Below, in pieces: positions 8,889 to 17,474 of a DNA stretch of 63,355 nucleotides. A program made the position numbers and the translations under genes. The notes below the pieces were generated by a model. That model searched no databases, was not told the origin of the DNA, and saw only the letters and a program-made list of their open reading frames with translations. Source of the stretch: Frankiaceae bacterium (GTDB lineage Bacteria > Actinomycetota > Actinomycetes > JAFAQI01). The stretch covers positions 1 through 63,355 of the forward strand of contig JAVEEI010000134.1 in NCBI GenBank assembly GCA_030840525.1. The letters run 5' to 3'. Every line of letters starts with the position of its first letter. Within the stretch, counting starts at the first letter, position 1.

Positions 8889-9724
8889 CCGACGACGCGA
8901 CGGGGCTCGCGCTGCGCGACCACCTCGACGGCGTGCTGGCCGGTGTCGTGCCGAGTGCGACGTTGCTGGACACCGTCCACGCGGCGCACCACCGCCGGGT
9001 CCGGCGCCGCGCGATGGCGCTGTCGAGCGGCGCCGCGCTGACGGTCGCGGCCGCGACCGCGGCGGTGGTAGTCGGCGCGGCGGGCGGCGCACCGACCACC
9101 CCGGATCACAAGGCGCACCAACCGATTCCGCCCGCGTCGGCGCCGAGCTACGGCACGCCGAAGCCGCAGGAGCGTTGGTTCGCCGGGCGCTTCGCGTTCC
9201 CACGCCCGAGCGGCGAGGTCGCGGTGTACCCGGTACATCCGGAGCGAAAGGACCCGGCGGACACCCGGCGGTCGTTGCTGGTCTGGTACTCCGCCCCGGC
9301 GAAGATGTACTGCGCACACGACGTCCTGCAGACCCCGGACCACCCCGACGGTGACGACGGTCCGACATCGGGCGGTAGCTGCGCGGCGTTGCCGCAGTCG
9401 ATGCCGCCGCGCACCTTGCTCTCGTCGTTCGGCGGCGAGTGCGGCAGCTTCGAGTTCGTGCTCGGCATCGTCGGCGTGGACGCGCCCAAGGTCGAGGCCC
9501 GTGCAGTCGGTGGGCCGAACCCGGACGTCATCATTCGGCGGCTCGACCAGGCGCCGGCGCCGTTCTTCCTCGTCGTCGACGCGAAGGCGCAGGCGCTGAT
9601 GATGCGTTACTACGACGCCGGCGGTCATTTCCTCCGCTACCAGATGGCGCGCATACCGGTGAATGCCCGCGCCGATGCGAACTGCGCCGCATCGCAGCTC
9701 ACCGCCGTCAAGCCGCCCGGCTGA
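8885..9724 (+). CDS. membrane-anchored extracytoplasmic protein, putative cognate anti-sigma/partner
   Basis: ATGA overlap with the sigma-factor stop. Short cytoplasmic N-terminus, one TM (ALSSGAALTVAAATAAVVVGAAG) and a Cys-containing C-terminal domain. Confidence 0.6.
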   Translation: MTDDATGLALRDHLDGVLAGVVPSATLLDTVHAAHHRRVRRRAMALSSGAALTVAAATAAVVVGAAGGAPTTPDHKAHQPIPPASAPSYGTPKPQERWFAGRFAFPRPSGEVAVYPVHPERKDPADTRRSLLVWYSAPAKMYCAHDVLQTPDHPDGDDGPTSGGSCAALPQSMPPRTLLSSFGGECGSFEFVLGIVGVDAPKVEARAVGGPNPDVIIRRLDQAPAPFFLVVDAKAQALMMRYYDAGGHFLRYQMARIPVNARADANCAASQLTAVKPPG

Positions 9725-9746
9725 GCCGCTCTGACACCATGGAGGC

Positions 9747-10550
9747 GTGACCCGCGCCGCGCTTCCCGTCGTCGGCAGCGGCCTCGCCGCCGGTGTCGTC
9801 GCCGCCGGGCTCGCCGGTCTTGCGCTGGTCGGTACGCCGGTCCTCGGCGCGGGGGTGTTCGTCGTACAGGTCGTCGTCGCGCTCGCCTGGCTCGCGGCGC
9901 TCGACGCGCGCGGCAGCCTCGGCGCGTTCGCCATCGCCATCGCCGCGGCCGGCACGATGGACGCCGTCATCGGGGCCAGCCAAGGCCCGTCGATCGGGCA
10001 GGCCGCGCCGGTCGTCGGGGTTGCGTTCTCGGTCAGCCTGTTGCACCAGCTCGCCCGCCGGCCGCGACCCGGCGTCACGCTGTCGCTCGCCGGGACGATG
10101 TCGGCCCTCGGCTTCGGCTTGTGCGCCGCGTCGTACGTCGCCCTGCGCGGCGAAGGCGGTGGTGACCAGGCCGTCGCCGCCGCGCTGCTCGGCGCCGGGG
10201 TCGCGCTCGCGGTCGGCCGGCTCGCCGATCTCGCAACCATCCGCCCGGCGGTCGCGCCGGGCAGCCGCCGTGGCCTGGTCGGCGTCGTCGCCGGCATCGC
10301 CGCCGCGGTCGGTGTCGGTGCGGCGTACGGGTCCGGCGCGTCGGCGCTCGGGACCGGCGTCGGCCTGCGGCTCGCGGTCATCGCCGCCGTACTCGCGGTC
10401 ATCGCCGACATCGCCGTCGACGCGGTACTCGCGCAGGCACCGCCTCCGGACGAGCGCAGGCTGTCGGCGCTGACGCCGCTCGGCGTGCTGCTGCCGGTGG
10501 TGCTCGCCGGGCCCGTCGCGTACATCGCCGGCCGCATCCTGCTGGGCTGA
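9747..10550 (+). CDS. polytopic integral membrane protein
   Basis: 267 aa, almost entirely hydrophobic Ala/Gly/Val/Leu helices. GTG start. Confidence 0.65.
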   Translation: MTRAALPVVGSGLAAGVVAAGLAGLALVGTPVLGAGVFVVQVVVALAWLAALDARGSLGAFAIAIAAAGTMDAVIGASQGPSIGQAAPVVGVAFSVSLLHQLARRPRPGVTLSLAGTMSALGFGLCAASYVALRGEGGGDQAVAAALLGAGVALAVGRLADLATIRPAVAPGSRRGLVGVVAGIAAAVGVGAAYGSGASALGTGVGLRLAVIAAVLAVIADIAVDAVLAQAPPPDERRLSALTPLGVLLPVVLAGPVAYIAGRILLG

Positions 10551-10554
10551 GCGC

Positions 10555-11199
10555 GTGCGCCGGCTCGTCATCTTGGTGGTCGTCCTCGCCGTCGTGCTCG
10601 TCGTCCTCGACCGGGTCGCGGTCGTCGCCGCGGACCACGTCGTCGCGGCGCGCATCCAGACCCAGGAGCATTTGTCGTCGCGGCCGTCGGTCTCGATCGG
10701 CGGCTTCCCGTTCCTCACCCAGGCGGCGGGTGGCAAGTACGACGACGTGACGCTGACGGTGCACCACTTCCACCGCTCGGTCGTCCCCGTCGACACGATC
10801 AGCGTCGAGCTGCGCGGGGTGCACGTGCCGCTGCGCTCGGTCTTCTCGCAGCACCTGTCGTCGATACCCGTCGACTCGGCGACTGCGCGCGTCCTGCTGT
10901 CGTACGGCGACCTCAACAGTTACTTGCGCGGCAAGGGGATCTCGGTCGCGTCCGCCGGTGGCAACCAAGTCCGGATCTCGGGGTCGGTGACCGTCGGCGG
11001 GCAGACGCTGTCGGCCAGTGGCACCGCGACCATCGACGTGCACTCCGACTCGTTGCTGCTGCGGGCGGCCAACGGGGTCGCGGTGTCCATCCCGCTCGCC
11101 GGCCTGCCGTTCGGCATCTCGCTGCGGTCGGCGACGGCGACAAAGCAGGGCATTGCGGTCACCGCGACCGCGCAAGGACTGGTTCTGCACCCACACTGA
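10555..11199 (+). CDS. LmeA/DUF2993-family lipid-binding envelope protein
   Basis: N-terminal TM followed by SIGGFPFLTQAAGGKYDDVTL, a hallmark of DUF2993. Confidence 0.75.
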   Translation: MRRLVILVVVLAVVLVVLDRVAVVAADHVVAARIQTQEHLSSRPSVSIGGFPFLTQAAGGKYDDVTLTVHHFHRSVVPVDTISVELRGVHVPLRSVFSQHLSSIPVDSATARVLLSYGDLNSYLRGKGISVASAGGNQVRISGSVTVGGQTLSASGTATIDVHSDSLLLRAANGVAVSIPLAGLPFGISLRSATATKQGIAVTATAQGLVLHPH

Positions 11200-11219
11200 A
11201 CCCGCGACGGCACGGGTTC

Positions 11220-11753
11220 GTGAACACGGAGGTGATGGTCGTCAGCGGAGCGGAGGACGTCGCGCTGCGTGCTCTGTACGAGCACCATGCCGCGCCGCTG
11301 CTCTCCTATGCGCTGCGCCTCACCGGCGGCGACCGCGGCCGGTCGGAAGACATCGTCCAGGAGACGTTGCTGCGGGCCTGGCGGCACCCGCAGGCACTCG
11401 ACCCGGAACGCGGCCCCGTCCGGTCGTGGCTGTTCACCGTCGCGCGCAACGTCGCCGTCGACGCGCACCGCGCCCGCCGCGCCCGGCCGAAAGAGATCGG
11501 CGACGAGCCGCTCGCGCTCGTCGCGGCCGCCGACGAGATCGAGCACGCCCTCGACTCCTGGCTCGTCGCCGACGCGATGGCAGCGTTGTCGAGCGACCAT
11601 CGCGCCGTCCTCGTCGAGACCTACTACCTGGGCCGTTCGGTCGCCGAAGCGGCCGCCGTGCTCGGTATCCCCGCGGGTACCGTCAAGTCCCGTACGTTCT
11701 ATGCGTTGCGAGCGCTCAAGCTCGCACTGGAGGAGCGGGGGGTGACCTCGTGA
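11220..11753 (+). CDS. ECF sigma factor
   Basis: Region 2 (EDIVQETLLRAWRH) and region 4 (SVAEAAAVLGIPAGTVKSRTFYALRALK). Confidence 0.85.
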   Translation: MNTEVMVVSGAEDVALRALYEHHAAPLLSYALRLTGGDRGRSEDIVQETLLRAWRHPQALDPERGPVRSWLFTVARNVAVDAHRARRARPKEIGDEPLALVAAADEIEHALDSWLVADAMAALSSDHRAVLVETYYLGRSVAEAAAVLGIPAGTVKSRTFYALRALKLALEERGVTS

Positions 11754-12385
11754 CCTCAGCCGAGCACGTCGCGCTGGGCGCCTACCTCCTCGGCGCGCTC
11801 GACCCCCGCGAGCGCGCCGAGGTCGAACGTCACCTCGGCGAGTGCCGCCGCTGCCGCGACGAGGTCGCGGAGCTCGCGCCGCTGCCAGGGCTCATGTCGC
11901 GGATCACCGTCGAGGAGGCGATCAGCGGGCCGCCGCCGGTCGACGACGCGATGCTCGAACGCGTCCTCGCCGCCGCGACCCACGAACGCCGTACGGCGGT
12001 CGTCCGGCAGCGAATGCTCGCGGTCGCAGCCGCCGTCGTACTGGTCTCGGGATCGGTCGGCGGGGTCGCGCTCTACCGGTCGGCTACCGCGCAGAGCACG
12101 CACGCGGTCTCCGCGTCGGCGGGCCGGGTGCACCTGCGGGTCGAGATGGCCGCGGCCTCGAACGGTACGGCGCTGACGATCTGGCTCTCCGGTGTGCGCG
12201 CCGAGGAGCACTGCGAGCTCATCGCCGTGTCCGACACCGGCGCGCGCGAGGTCGCGAGCTCGTGGGAGGCGACGTACTCCGGCTCGGCGGTCATCAAGGG
12301 CACGACCGCGATCCCGTACTCGCACCTGAAGCAGCTCGTCGTCCAGACCTACGGCGGAGTCGAGTTGTTGCGTACCAACGTCTAG
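11750..12385 (+). CDS. zinc-binding (zf-HC2/ZAS) anti-sigma factor
   Basis: GTG 11750 overlaps the sigma stop (GTGA). HLGECRRC matches the H-x3-C-x2-C motif. One TM (MLAVAAAVVLVSGSVGGVALY). Confidence 0.8.
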   Translation: MTSAEHVALGAYLLGALDPRERAEVERHLGECRRCRDEVAELAPLPGLMSRITVEEAISGPPPVDDAMLERVLAAATHERRTAVVRQRMLAVAAAVVLVSGSVGGVALYRSATAQSTHAVSASAGRVHLRVEMAAASNGTALTIWLSGVRAEEHCELIAVSDTGAREVASSWEATYSGSAVIKGTTAIPYSHLKQLVVQTYGGVELLRTNV

Positions 12386-12386
12386 C

Positions 12387-12815
12387 GTGGTTCGCGTCGT
12401 GTCTGTCGTCGGTCTCGTCGTCGTTGTCGTCGCGCTGGTCGCGGCGACGGCGTTCGGCGTACTGCGGCGTCGCCGGGCCGGCTCGCTGCGCGTGGCGGCG
12501 GCCACGGAAACGGTCGGCGCGGACGTGCTCGGCTCGTCGCTCGGCGAGCGCGCGACGCTGGTGCAGTTCTCGTCGGCGTTCTGCCGGCCGTGTGTCGCGA
12601 CCCGGCACGTGCTCGGCGGCGTCGCCGGGTCGGTGCCGGGCGTGCGGCACGTCGAGATCGACGCGGAGTCGAGGCTCGACCTCGTCCGCCGGCTCGACGT
12701 GACGAGTACGCCGACCACGCTGCTGCTCGACCGCGCCGGCCGGGAGCGCCGCCGGGCGACCGGAGTGCCGCGGCGCGACGCCGTACTGGCCGCGCTCGCC
12801 GACATCGTCGACTGA
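12387..12815 (+). CDS. membrane-anchored thioredoxin-fold protein (CxxC)
   Basis: N-terminal TM and a CRPC active-site motif. Positional equivalent of thiX (Rv0816c) in the mycobacterial block. Confidence 0.75.
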   Translation: MVRVVSVVGLVVVVVALVAATAFGVLRRRRAGSLRVAAATETVGADVLGSSLGERATLVQFSSAFCRPCVATRHVLGGVAGSVPGVRHVEIDAESRLDLVRRLDVTSTPTTLLLDRAGRERRRATGVPRRDAVLAALADIVD

Positions 12816-12841
12816 CCGCGCCGGCTCGGCTGCTACCCGCC

Positions 12842-12884
12842 TAGAGGTCGCGCCGCCACCGCGACCTCTATGTCGCGCTGGCGG
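12842..12884. terminator. two mutually exclusive hairpins between convergent genes; copy 2 of the dispersed 32-nt element
   Basis: Hairpin 1 is an 11-bp perfect stem, TAGAGGTCGCG (12842-12852) with CGCGACCTCTA (12860-12870). Hairpin 2 is a 13-bp stem with one mismatch, 12853-12865 with 12872-12884, loop CTCTAT. Confidence 0.5.
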
Positions 12885-12907
12885 CGATGATCATGGGCCG
12901 TGGTGGG

Positions 12908-14683
12908 TCAGTCGGTGGCCGCGGCCGGGGCACCGGCGCCGACCTCCTGCATCGCGACGTCGCCGGCTCCGGCGTACCCCTCGCCGCCGCCGCCGCCGGT
13001 CCGGCGCCGGCGGGTCGTCTCGGGCGAGCGCAGCCACGAGAACACCGCGCCGACGAAGCAGCACGCCGCCGCGACCGCGAAGGCGAGATGCAACCCGGTG
13101 CCGAACGGGCCGGCGATGAGCGAGGGGAAGAAACCGCGGCCGGTCAGGTAGGAGTAGTGCGCCGCCGACACGTGCGCGGCCGACGCCGACCCGAGCAACT
13201 GCTGGATCGGGTTGAAGCCGAGGAACGCCGCGAACAACGAGCCGATCGGCGGCAAGCCCGCGACTTGGTGCGCTTGCGCCGGCGGCACACCTTGCGCGGA
13301 CAGCCCGGCGTACAGGCTGTGCGGCAGGCCGGACGCGAGACCGAGCGTGATGATGGTGAAGAAGACGCCGATGGACAGCACCGACGCGCTGTTCTGGAAC
13401 GTGTTGAGCATCCCGGCGCCGGCGCCGCGCATGTCGGCCGGCAGCGAGTTCATCACCGACGACGTGTTGGGCGCGAAGAACAGCCCGAACGACAGCCCGA
13501 CGAGCAGCAACAGCAGCGCGAACCACACGTAGGAGAAGTTCATCGGCAGCAGGTCGAACAGCAGGAAGGTCACACCGGTCAGCGCGACACCGGCGGTGGC
13601 GAACGGGCGCGCCCCCAACCGGTCGGCGAGGCGTCCCGCGAGCGGGCCGGCGACGAGAAAGCCGACGGTCAACGGCACCATGTAGATGCCGGCCCAGAGC
13701 GGCGTCGATGCGAACGAATATCCGTGCAACGGCAACCAGATTCCCTGCAGCCAGATGATCAGCATGAACTGCAGGCCACCGCGCGCGAGCGCCGCGAGAA
13801 GCGCGGCGAGGTTGCCCATCGTGAACGTCCGGTTGGCGAACAGGTGTAGCTGGATCATCGGGTGGTCCGACCGCAGCTCGACGACGACGAACAGCACCAG
13901 CACGGCCGCGCCGCCGAACAGGCACACCAGCACGAACGGCTTCGTCCAACCCATCGTGTGACCGCCGTACGGCTGCAACCCATAGACGATCCCGGTGAGG
14001 ATCGCGACCAGGCCGAGCGCGAACGTGACGTTGCCGGTCCAGTCGATCCGCGCCGGCACGCGCACGCCGTTGTCCCGCAACTTGAGGTAGGCCCACACGG
14101 TGCCGAACAAGCCGAGCGGCACCGAGACGAGGAAGACGAGATGCCACTCCACCGGCGCGAGCACGCCGCCGACGAGCAGGCCGAGGAAGGACCCGGCGAT
14201 GGCCGCGACGCCGTTGATACCCAAGGCAAAACCGCGCTCGTCGGCCGGGAACGCGTCGGTGATGATGGCGCTCGAGTTCGCGAACAGGAACGCGCCGCCG
14301 ACACCTTGGCCGAGGCGCATCAGCACGATCCAGAGCGCGCCCGCCTGCCCGGTCATCCAGGTCGCCGCGAGCGCGACGGAGAACACCGTGAACACCGCGA
14401 AGCCGAGGTTGTACATGCGGACCCGGCCATACATGTCGCCGACCCGGCCGAGGCTCACCACGAGCACCGACGTCACGAGCATGAAGCCCATGAGAATCCA
14501 GAGAAAGTACGACGAGTTGCCGGGTGCGAGCGGGTCGAGCTTGATGCCGCGGAAGATGTCCGGCAGTGCGATCAGCAGGATTGAGCTGTTGATCGTCGCC
14601 ATGAGAATGCCCAACGTCGTGTTGGACAGCGCGATCCACTTGTAGTGAGTGCCCCGCTGGCCTTCGTCGGCAGATGTCGTCAT
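12908..14683 (-). CDS. MFS transporter, DHA2 (EmrB/QacA-like, 14-TM) family
   Basis: 591 aa. ATG 14683 is the first Met before TM1 (HYKWIALSNTTLGILMATINSSI). The N-terminus of the longer 692-aa listed ORF is Arg/Gly/Pro-rich and not protein-like. Confidence 0.88.
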   Translation of the reverse strand: MTTSADEGQRGTHYKWIALSNTTLGILMATINSSILLIALPDIFRGIKLDPLAPGNSSYFLWILMGFMLVTSVLVVSLGRVGDMYGRVRMYNLGFAVFTVFSVALAATWMTGQAGALWIVLMRLGQGVGGAFLFANSSAIITDAFPADERGFALGINGVAAIAGSFLGLLVGGVLAPVEWHLVFLVSVPLGLFGTVWAYLKLRDNGVRVPARIDWTGNVTFALGLVAILTGIVYGLQPYGGHTMGWTKPFVLVCLFGGAAVLVLFVVVELRSDHPMIQLHLFANRTFTMGNLAALLAALARGGLQFMLIIWLQGIWLPLHGYSFASTPLWAGIYMVPLTVGFLVAGPLAGRLADRLGARPFATAGVALTGVTFLLFDLLPMNFSYVWFALLLLLVGLSFGLFFAPNTSSVMNSLPADMRGAGAGMLNTFQNSASVLSIGVFFTIITLGLASGLPHSLYAGLSAQGVPPAQAHQVAGLPPIGSLFAAFLGFNPIQQLLGSASAAHVSAAHYSYLTGRGFFPSLIAGPFGTGLHLAFAVAAACCFVGAVFSWLRSPETTRRRRTGGGGGEGYAGAGDVAMQEVGAGAPAAATD

Positions 14684-14832
14684 GAGGGTGGGAGCACGCA
14701 CTTTCGTCGTCAACGCCGGGCCGCGGCGGTTGTTCCCCCGGCCGGGTGATGTAGTCGAACGGTAACCGTCGTACGGTGGACTCGCGGGGCCTCGGGACGT
14801 ACCCCCCCACGATCCCGGGGCCTCGCACCTCA

Positions 14833-14846
14833 CTTGCAGATGCAAG
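14833..14846. promoter_or_regulatory. 14-bp palindrome CTTGCA-GA-TGCAAG in divergent promoter region
   Basis: Perfect 6+6 inverted repeat in a locally AT-richer patch of the 331-bp MFS / DUF4395 intergenic region. Candidate operator only. Confidence 0.3.
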
Positions 14847-15014
14847 CATCCGAAACGTAAAGTCGAGTCGTGGACAGGTCCGGCCCGGTGCTGTGGAGCA
14901 GGCGCGCCGTGGACCTGTGCCGCGTGGCGACCTGCCTGTGTCGCATGCCCTGAGTCGAAGAGCCTGGTCCCGGGCCGCGCGCCCACCGTCTCCGCTCGTC
15001 AGGGAGCTTCCCCT

Positions 15015-15473
15015 ATGTACGTCGACCCTCGCGGTCCGCGTTTCGGCGCGGCCGTCACGACGGCGGTCCTCGCCGTCGTCCTGCTGACCGGCAACGGCTG
15101 GCTGCTCGCGGCCCAGGCGCTCGTGTTCGCCCTCGGTGCGTTCGGGGGGCTGCGGTTCGCGCCGTACGGCTTGCTGTTCCGGCTCTTCGTGCGGCCGCGG
15201 CTCGGCCCGCCCGCGCAGCTCGAAGCCGAGGCGCCACCGCGGTTCGCGCAGGGCGTCGGCTTCGGCTTCGCCGTCCTCGGTGCGGCCGGTTACCTGAGCG
15301 GGCTCACCGCGCTCGGCCTCGTCGCGACCGCGTTCGCGTTGGCGGCGGCGTTCCTGAACGCCGCGTTCGACTACTGCCTCGGCTGCGAGGTGCACCTTCG
15401 ACTGACCCGGCTGCTCGGCCGGCCGGTCACCCGCTACGTCACCGATAACCGGAGGAGAGAGGCACATGCCTAG
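15015..15473 (+). CDS. DUF4395-family membrane protein
   Basis: 152 aa with 4 TM and a conserved CLGC near the C-terminus. Overlaps the rhodanese start by 8 nt. Confidence 0.8.
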   Translation: MYVDPRGPRFGAAVTTAVLAVVLLTGNGWLLAAQALVFALGAFGGLRFAPYGLLFRLFVRPRLGPPAQLEAEAPPRFAQGVGFGFAVLGAAGYLSGLTALGLVATAFALAAAFLNAAFDYCLGCEVHLRLTRLLGRPVTRYVTDNRRREAHA

Positions 15474-16299
15474 AAACAACGTGCTCGTCGACGCGGAGTG
15501 GGTCGAGCAGCATCTCGACGACCCGAAGGTCGTCCTCGTCGAGGTCGACGAAGACACCGCCGCGTACGACAAGAACCACATCCGCGGCGCCGTTCGGATC
15601 GACTGGAAGAAGGACCTCCAGGACCCGGTCCGGCGCGACTTCGTCGACCAGGCGCAGTTCGAGAAGCTGTTGTCCGAGAAGGGCATCGGCAACGACGACA
15701 CCGTCGTGCTGTACGGCGGCAACAACAACTGGTTCGCGTCGTACGCGTACTGGTACTTCAAGCTGTACGGGCACCAGGACGTCAAGCTGCTCGACGGCGG
15801 CCGGAAGAAGTGGGAGCTCGACAGCCGCGAGCTCGTCGAGGACCAGCCGGAGCGGGCGCAGACGTCGTACAAGGCAGCGGTGCCCAACAACGACATCCGT
15901 GCGTTCCGCGACGAGGTCGTCGCGTCGATCGGCGTGAAGAACCTCGTCGACGTGCGTTCGCCGGACGAGTTCAGCGGCAAACTGCTCGCGCCGGCGCACC
16001 TGCCGCAAGAGCAGTCGCAGCGGGCCGGCCACGTGCCGACCGCGAAGAACATCCCGTGGAGCAAGGCGGCCAACGACGACGGCACGTTCCGCTCGGACGA
16101 CGAGCTGCGTCAGCTGTACGGCGACGAAGGCGTCGACTTCGGCAAGGACACGATCGCGTACTGCCGGATCGGCGAGCGCAGCGCGCACACGTGGTTCGTG
16201 CTGCACGAGATCCTCGACCAGCCGAACGTGAAGAACTACGACGGCTCGTGGACCGAGTACGGCTCCCTCGTCGGCGTCCCGATCGAGAAGGACGTCTGA
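15466..16299 (+). CDS. thiosulfate sulfurtransferase (tandem rhodanese, SseA/CysA type)
   Basis: 277 aa with two rhodanese domains and the active-site loop CRIGERS. Confidence 0.9.
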   Translation: MPRNNVLVDAEWVEQHLDDPKVVLVEVDEDTAAYDKNHIRGAVRIDWKKDLQDPVRRDFVDQAQFEKLLSEKGIGNDDTVVLYGGNNNWFASYAYWYFKLYGHQDVKLLDGGRKKWELDSRELVEDQPERAQTSYKAAVPNNDIRAFRDEVVASIGVKNLVDVRSPDEFSGKLLAPAHLPQEQSQRAGHVPTAKNIPWSKAANDDGTFRSDDELRQLYGDEGVDFGKDTIAYCRIGERSAHTWFVLHEILDQPNVKNYDGSWTEYGSLVGVPIEKDV

Positions 16300-16305
16300 G
16301 CACCC

Positions 16306-16602
16306 ATGTGTGGAGCACCTGCCCAAGACCTGTCACTGGAGGGGATCGACGTGGCCACTGAAACGGTCATCCAGGGCACCGTGACCCGCGGCGGCCAGCC
16401 CGAGGGCGGCGCGTACGTGCGGCTGCTCGACTCGACCGGCGAGTTCACCGCGGAGGTGGTGACCTCGGCGACCGGTGCGTTCCGGTTCTTCGCCCGGCCC
16501 GGGTCGTGGACGGTCCGCGCACTCGCGTCGGGTGACGCGGTCGCGGAGACGACCGTCGAGGCCGACCAGGGCGCCGTCACCGAAGCAGCGATTGCGCTGT
16601 AG
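16306..16602 (+). CDS. DUF1416 (SseC-like) protein
   Basis: 98 aa. Immediately follows the rhodanese gene, as in the mycobacterial cysA2-sseC2 arrangement. Confidence 0.8.
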   Translation: MCGAPAQDLSLEGIDVATETVIQGTVTRGGQPEGGAYVRLLDSTGEFTAEVVTSATGAFRFFARPGSWTVRALASGDAVAETTVEADQGAVTEAAIAL

Positions 16603-16688
16603 TCCACAGTTCGCGCTTGGCTGCGGTTGCGTCCACAGCCTGAGTCGAGGACGACGACGATGACGGTGGCGGCGGGCACGATGCGTAC

Positions 16689-17255
16689 ATGCGCAGATAC
16701 GCCGCCGCCATCGTCGCCCTCGTGGCGGTCGTCGGCGTGCTCGTCGCGGCCCGGCATCGGGTCGCCGCGGCCCCGCCGGTCGTCGACGTCGGGTCGGTGC
16801 CGGCGGTGGTGCCCTCGTCTGCGCTGTTCCGCGCCCAGGTCGTGCGGGTCGTCGACGGCGACACGTTCCTGGCTCGCCGCGACGGTCGCGGGCCTCCGGT
16901 CCGGGTCCGGATCATCGGCGCCGACACCCCGGAGACGGTCAAGCCCGGAGTCGCCGTGCGCTGTTACGGCCCGCAGGCGAGCGCCTTCACGAAGCACTTG
17001 CTCGGTGTGGGTGGCTGGGTGCGGGCGGCGTACGAGGGCGGCGGCTCGACCGACCGGTACGGCCGTCAGCTCTGGGACGTCTGGCTTCCCGACGGCCGGT
17101 TCCTCGAAGCCGTGCTCGTCGCCTCCGGTGCCGCGCGCGCGTACCCGTACGCGCCGCAGCTCGAGCACGCGGCGGTGCTCGCGGACCTGCAACAGCAAGC
17201 TCGGGCCGCCCGCCGCGGCCTGTGGGGTGCCCCCTGCAACGGCCACAGCTTCTAG
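16689..17255 (+). CDS. secreted/membrane-anchored thermonuclease (SNase) family protein
   Basis: N-terminal TM/signal and SNase-like motifs VVDGDTF, RIIGADTPE and GRQLWDV. Confidence 0.8.
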   Translation: MRRYAAAIVALVAVVGVLVAARHRVAAAPPVVDVGSVPAVVPSSALFRAQVVRVVDGDTFLARRDGRGPPVRVRIIGADTPETVKPGVAVRCYGPQASAFTKHLLGVGGWVRAAYEGGGSTDRYGRQLWDVWLPDGRFLEAVLVASGAARAYPYAPQLEHAAVLADLQQQARAARRGLWGAPCNGHSF

Positions 17256-17378
17256 CCGGCACCGCTCAAGACGTGGCTGGCTGCGTTCTCGTCGCCTTGC
17301 GGGCCTCGGCCCGCGGCGGCTCCTGCGGCCTTGCCGGCTGCGCTCCGAGCGCCGCCGGTCCCGCCGGACGCACCCCCC

Positions 17379-17439
17379 GTTGAGTGTGACGTTCTTCGCG
17401 TTTTCAGGCGCTGATAGGACGAACAACGTCGCACTCAAC
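17379..17439 (+). promoter_or_regulatory. large hairpin / inverted repeat in the cysD leader
   Basis: 15-bp stem GTTGAGTGTGACGTT (17379-17393) with AACGTCGCACTCAAC (17425-17439), one G-U pair. The 31-nt loop is AT-rich. The element ends 35 nt upstream of the cysD ATG. Confidence 0.5.
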
Positions 17440-17474
17440 GCAGGCAGGCGGGCGTCCGTAGTCTGGTTGGTCCC

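Noticed and set aside
14684-15014. SAM/sulfur-metabolite riboswitch (for example SAM-IV) in the MFS / rhodanese divergent region.
   Set aside because: I saw no resemblance on either strand to the SAM-I or SAM-IV cores I can recall. Only a short palindrome and short direct repeats are present.
12891-16085. Very long listed ORFs antisense to or out of frame with recognised genes. Examples: 12891..16085 (1064 aa), 43691..46888, 47752..51465, 26511..29711, 35226..37667, 8294..10537, 16236..18506, 25885..28119, 60512..62542.
   Set aside because: Their translations are Arg/Pro/Gly/Ala-rich low-complexity strings without motifs. Each overlaps an ORF on another frame or strand that carries clear family motifs and the expected GC3 bias. 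These are typical shadow ORFs of a high-GC genome.
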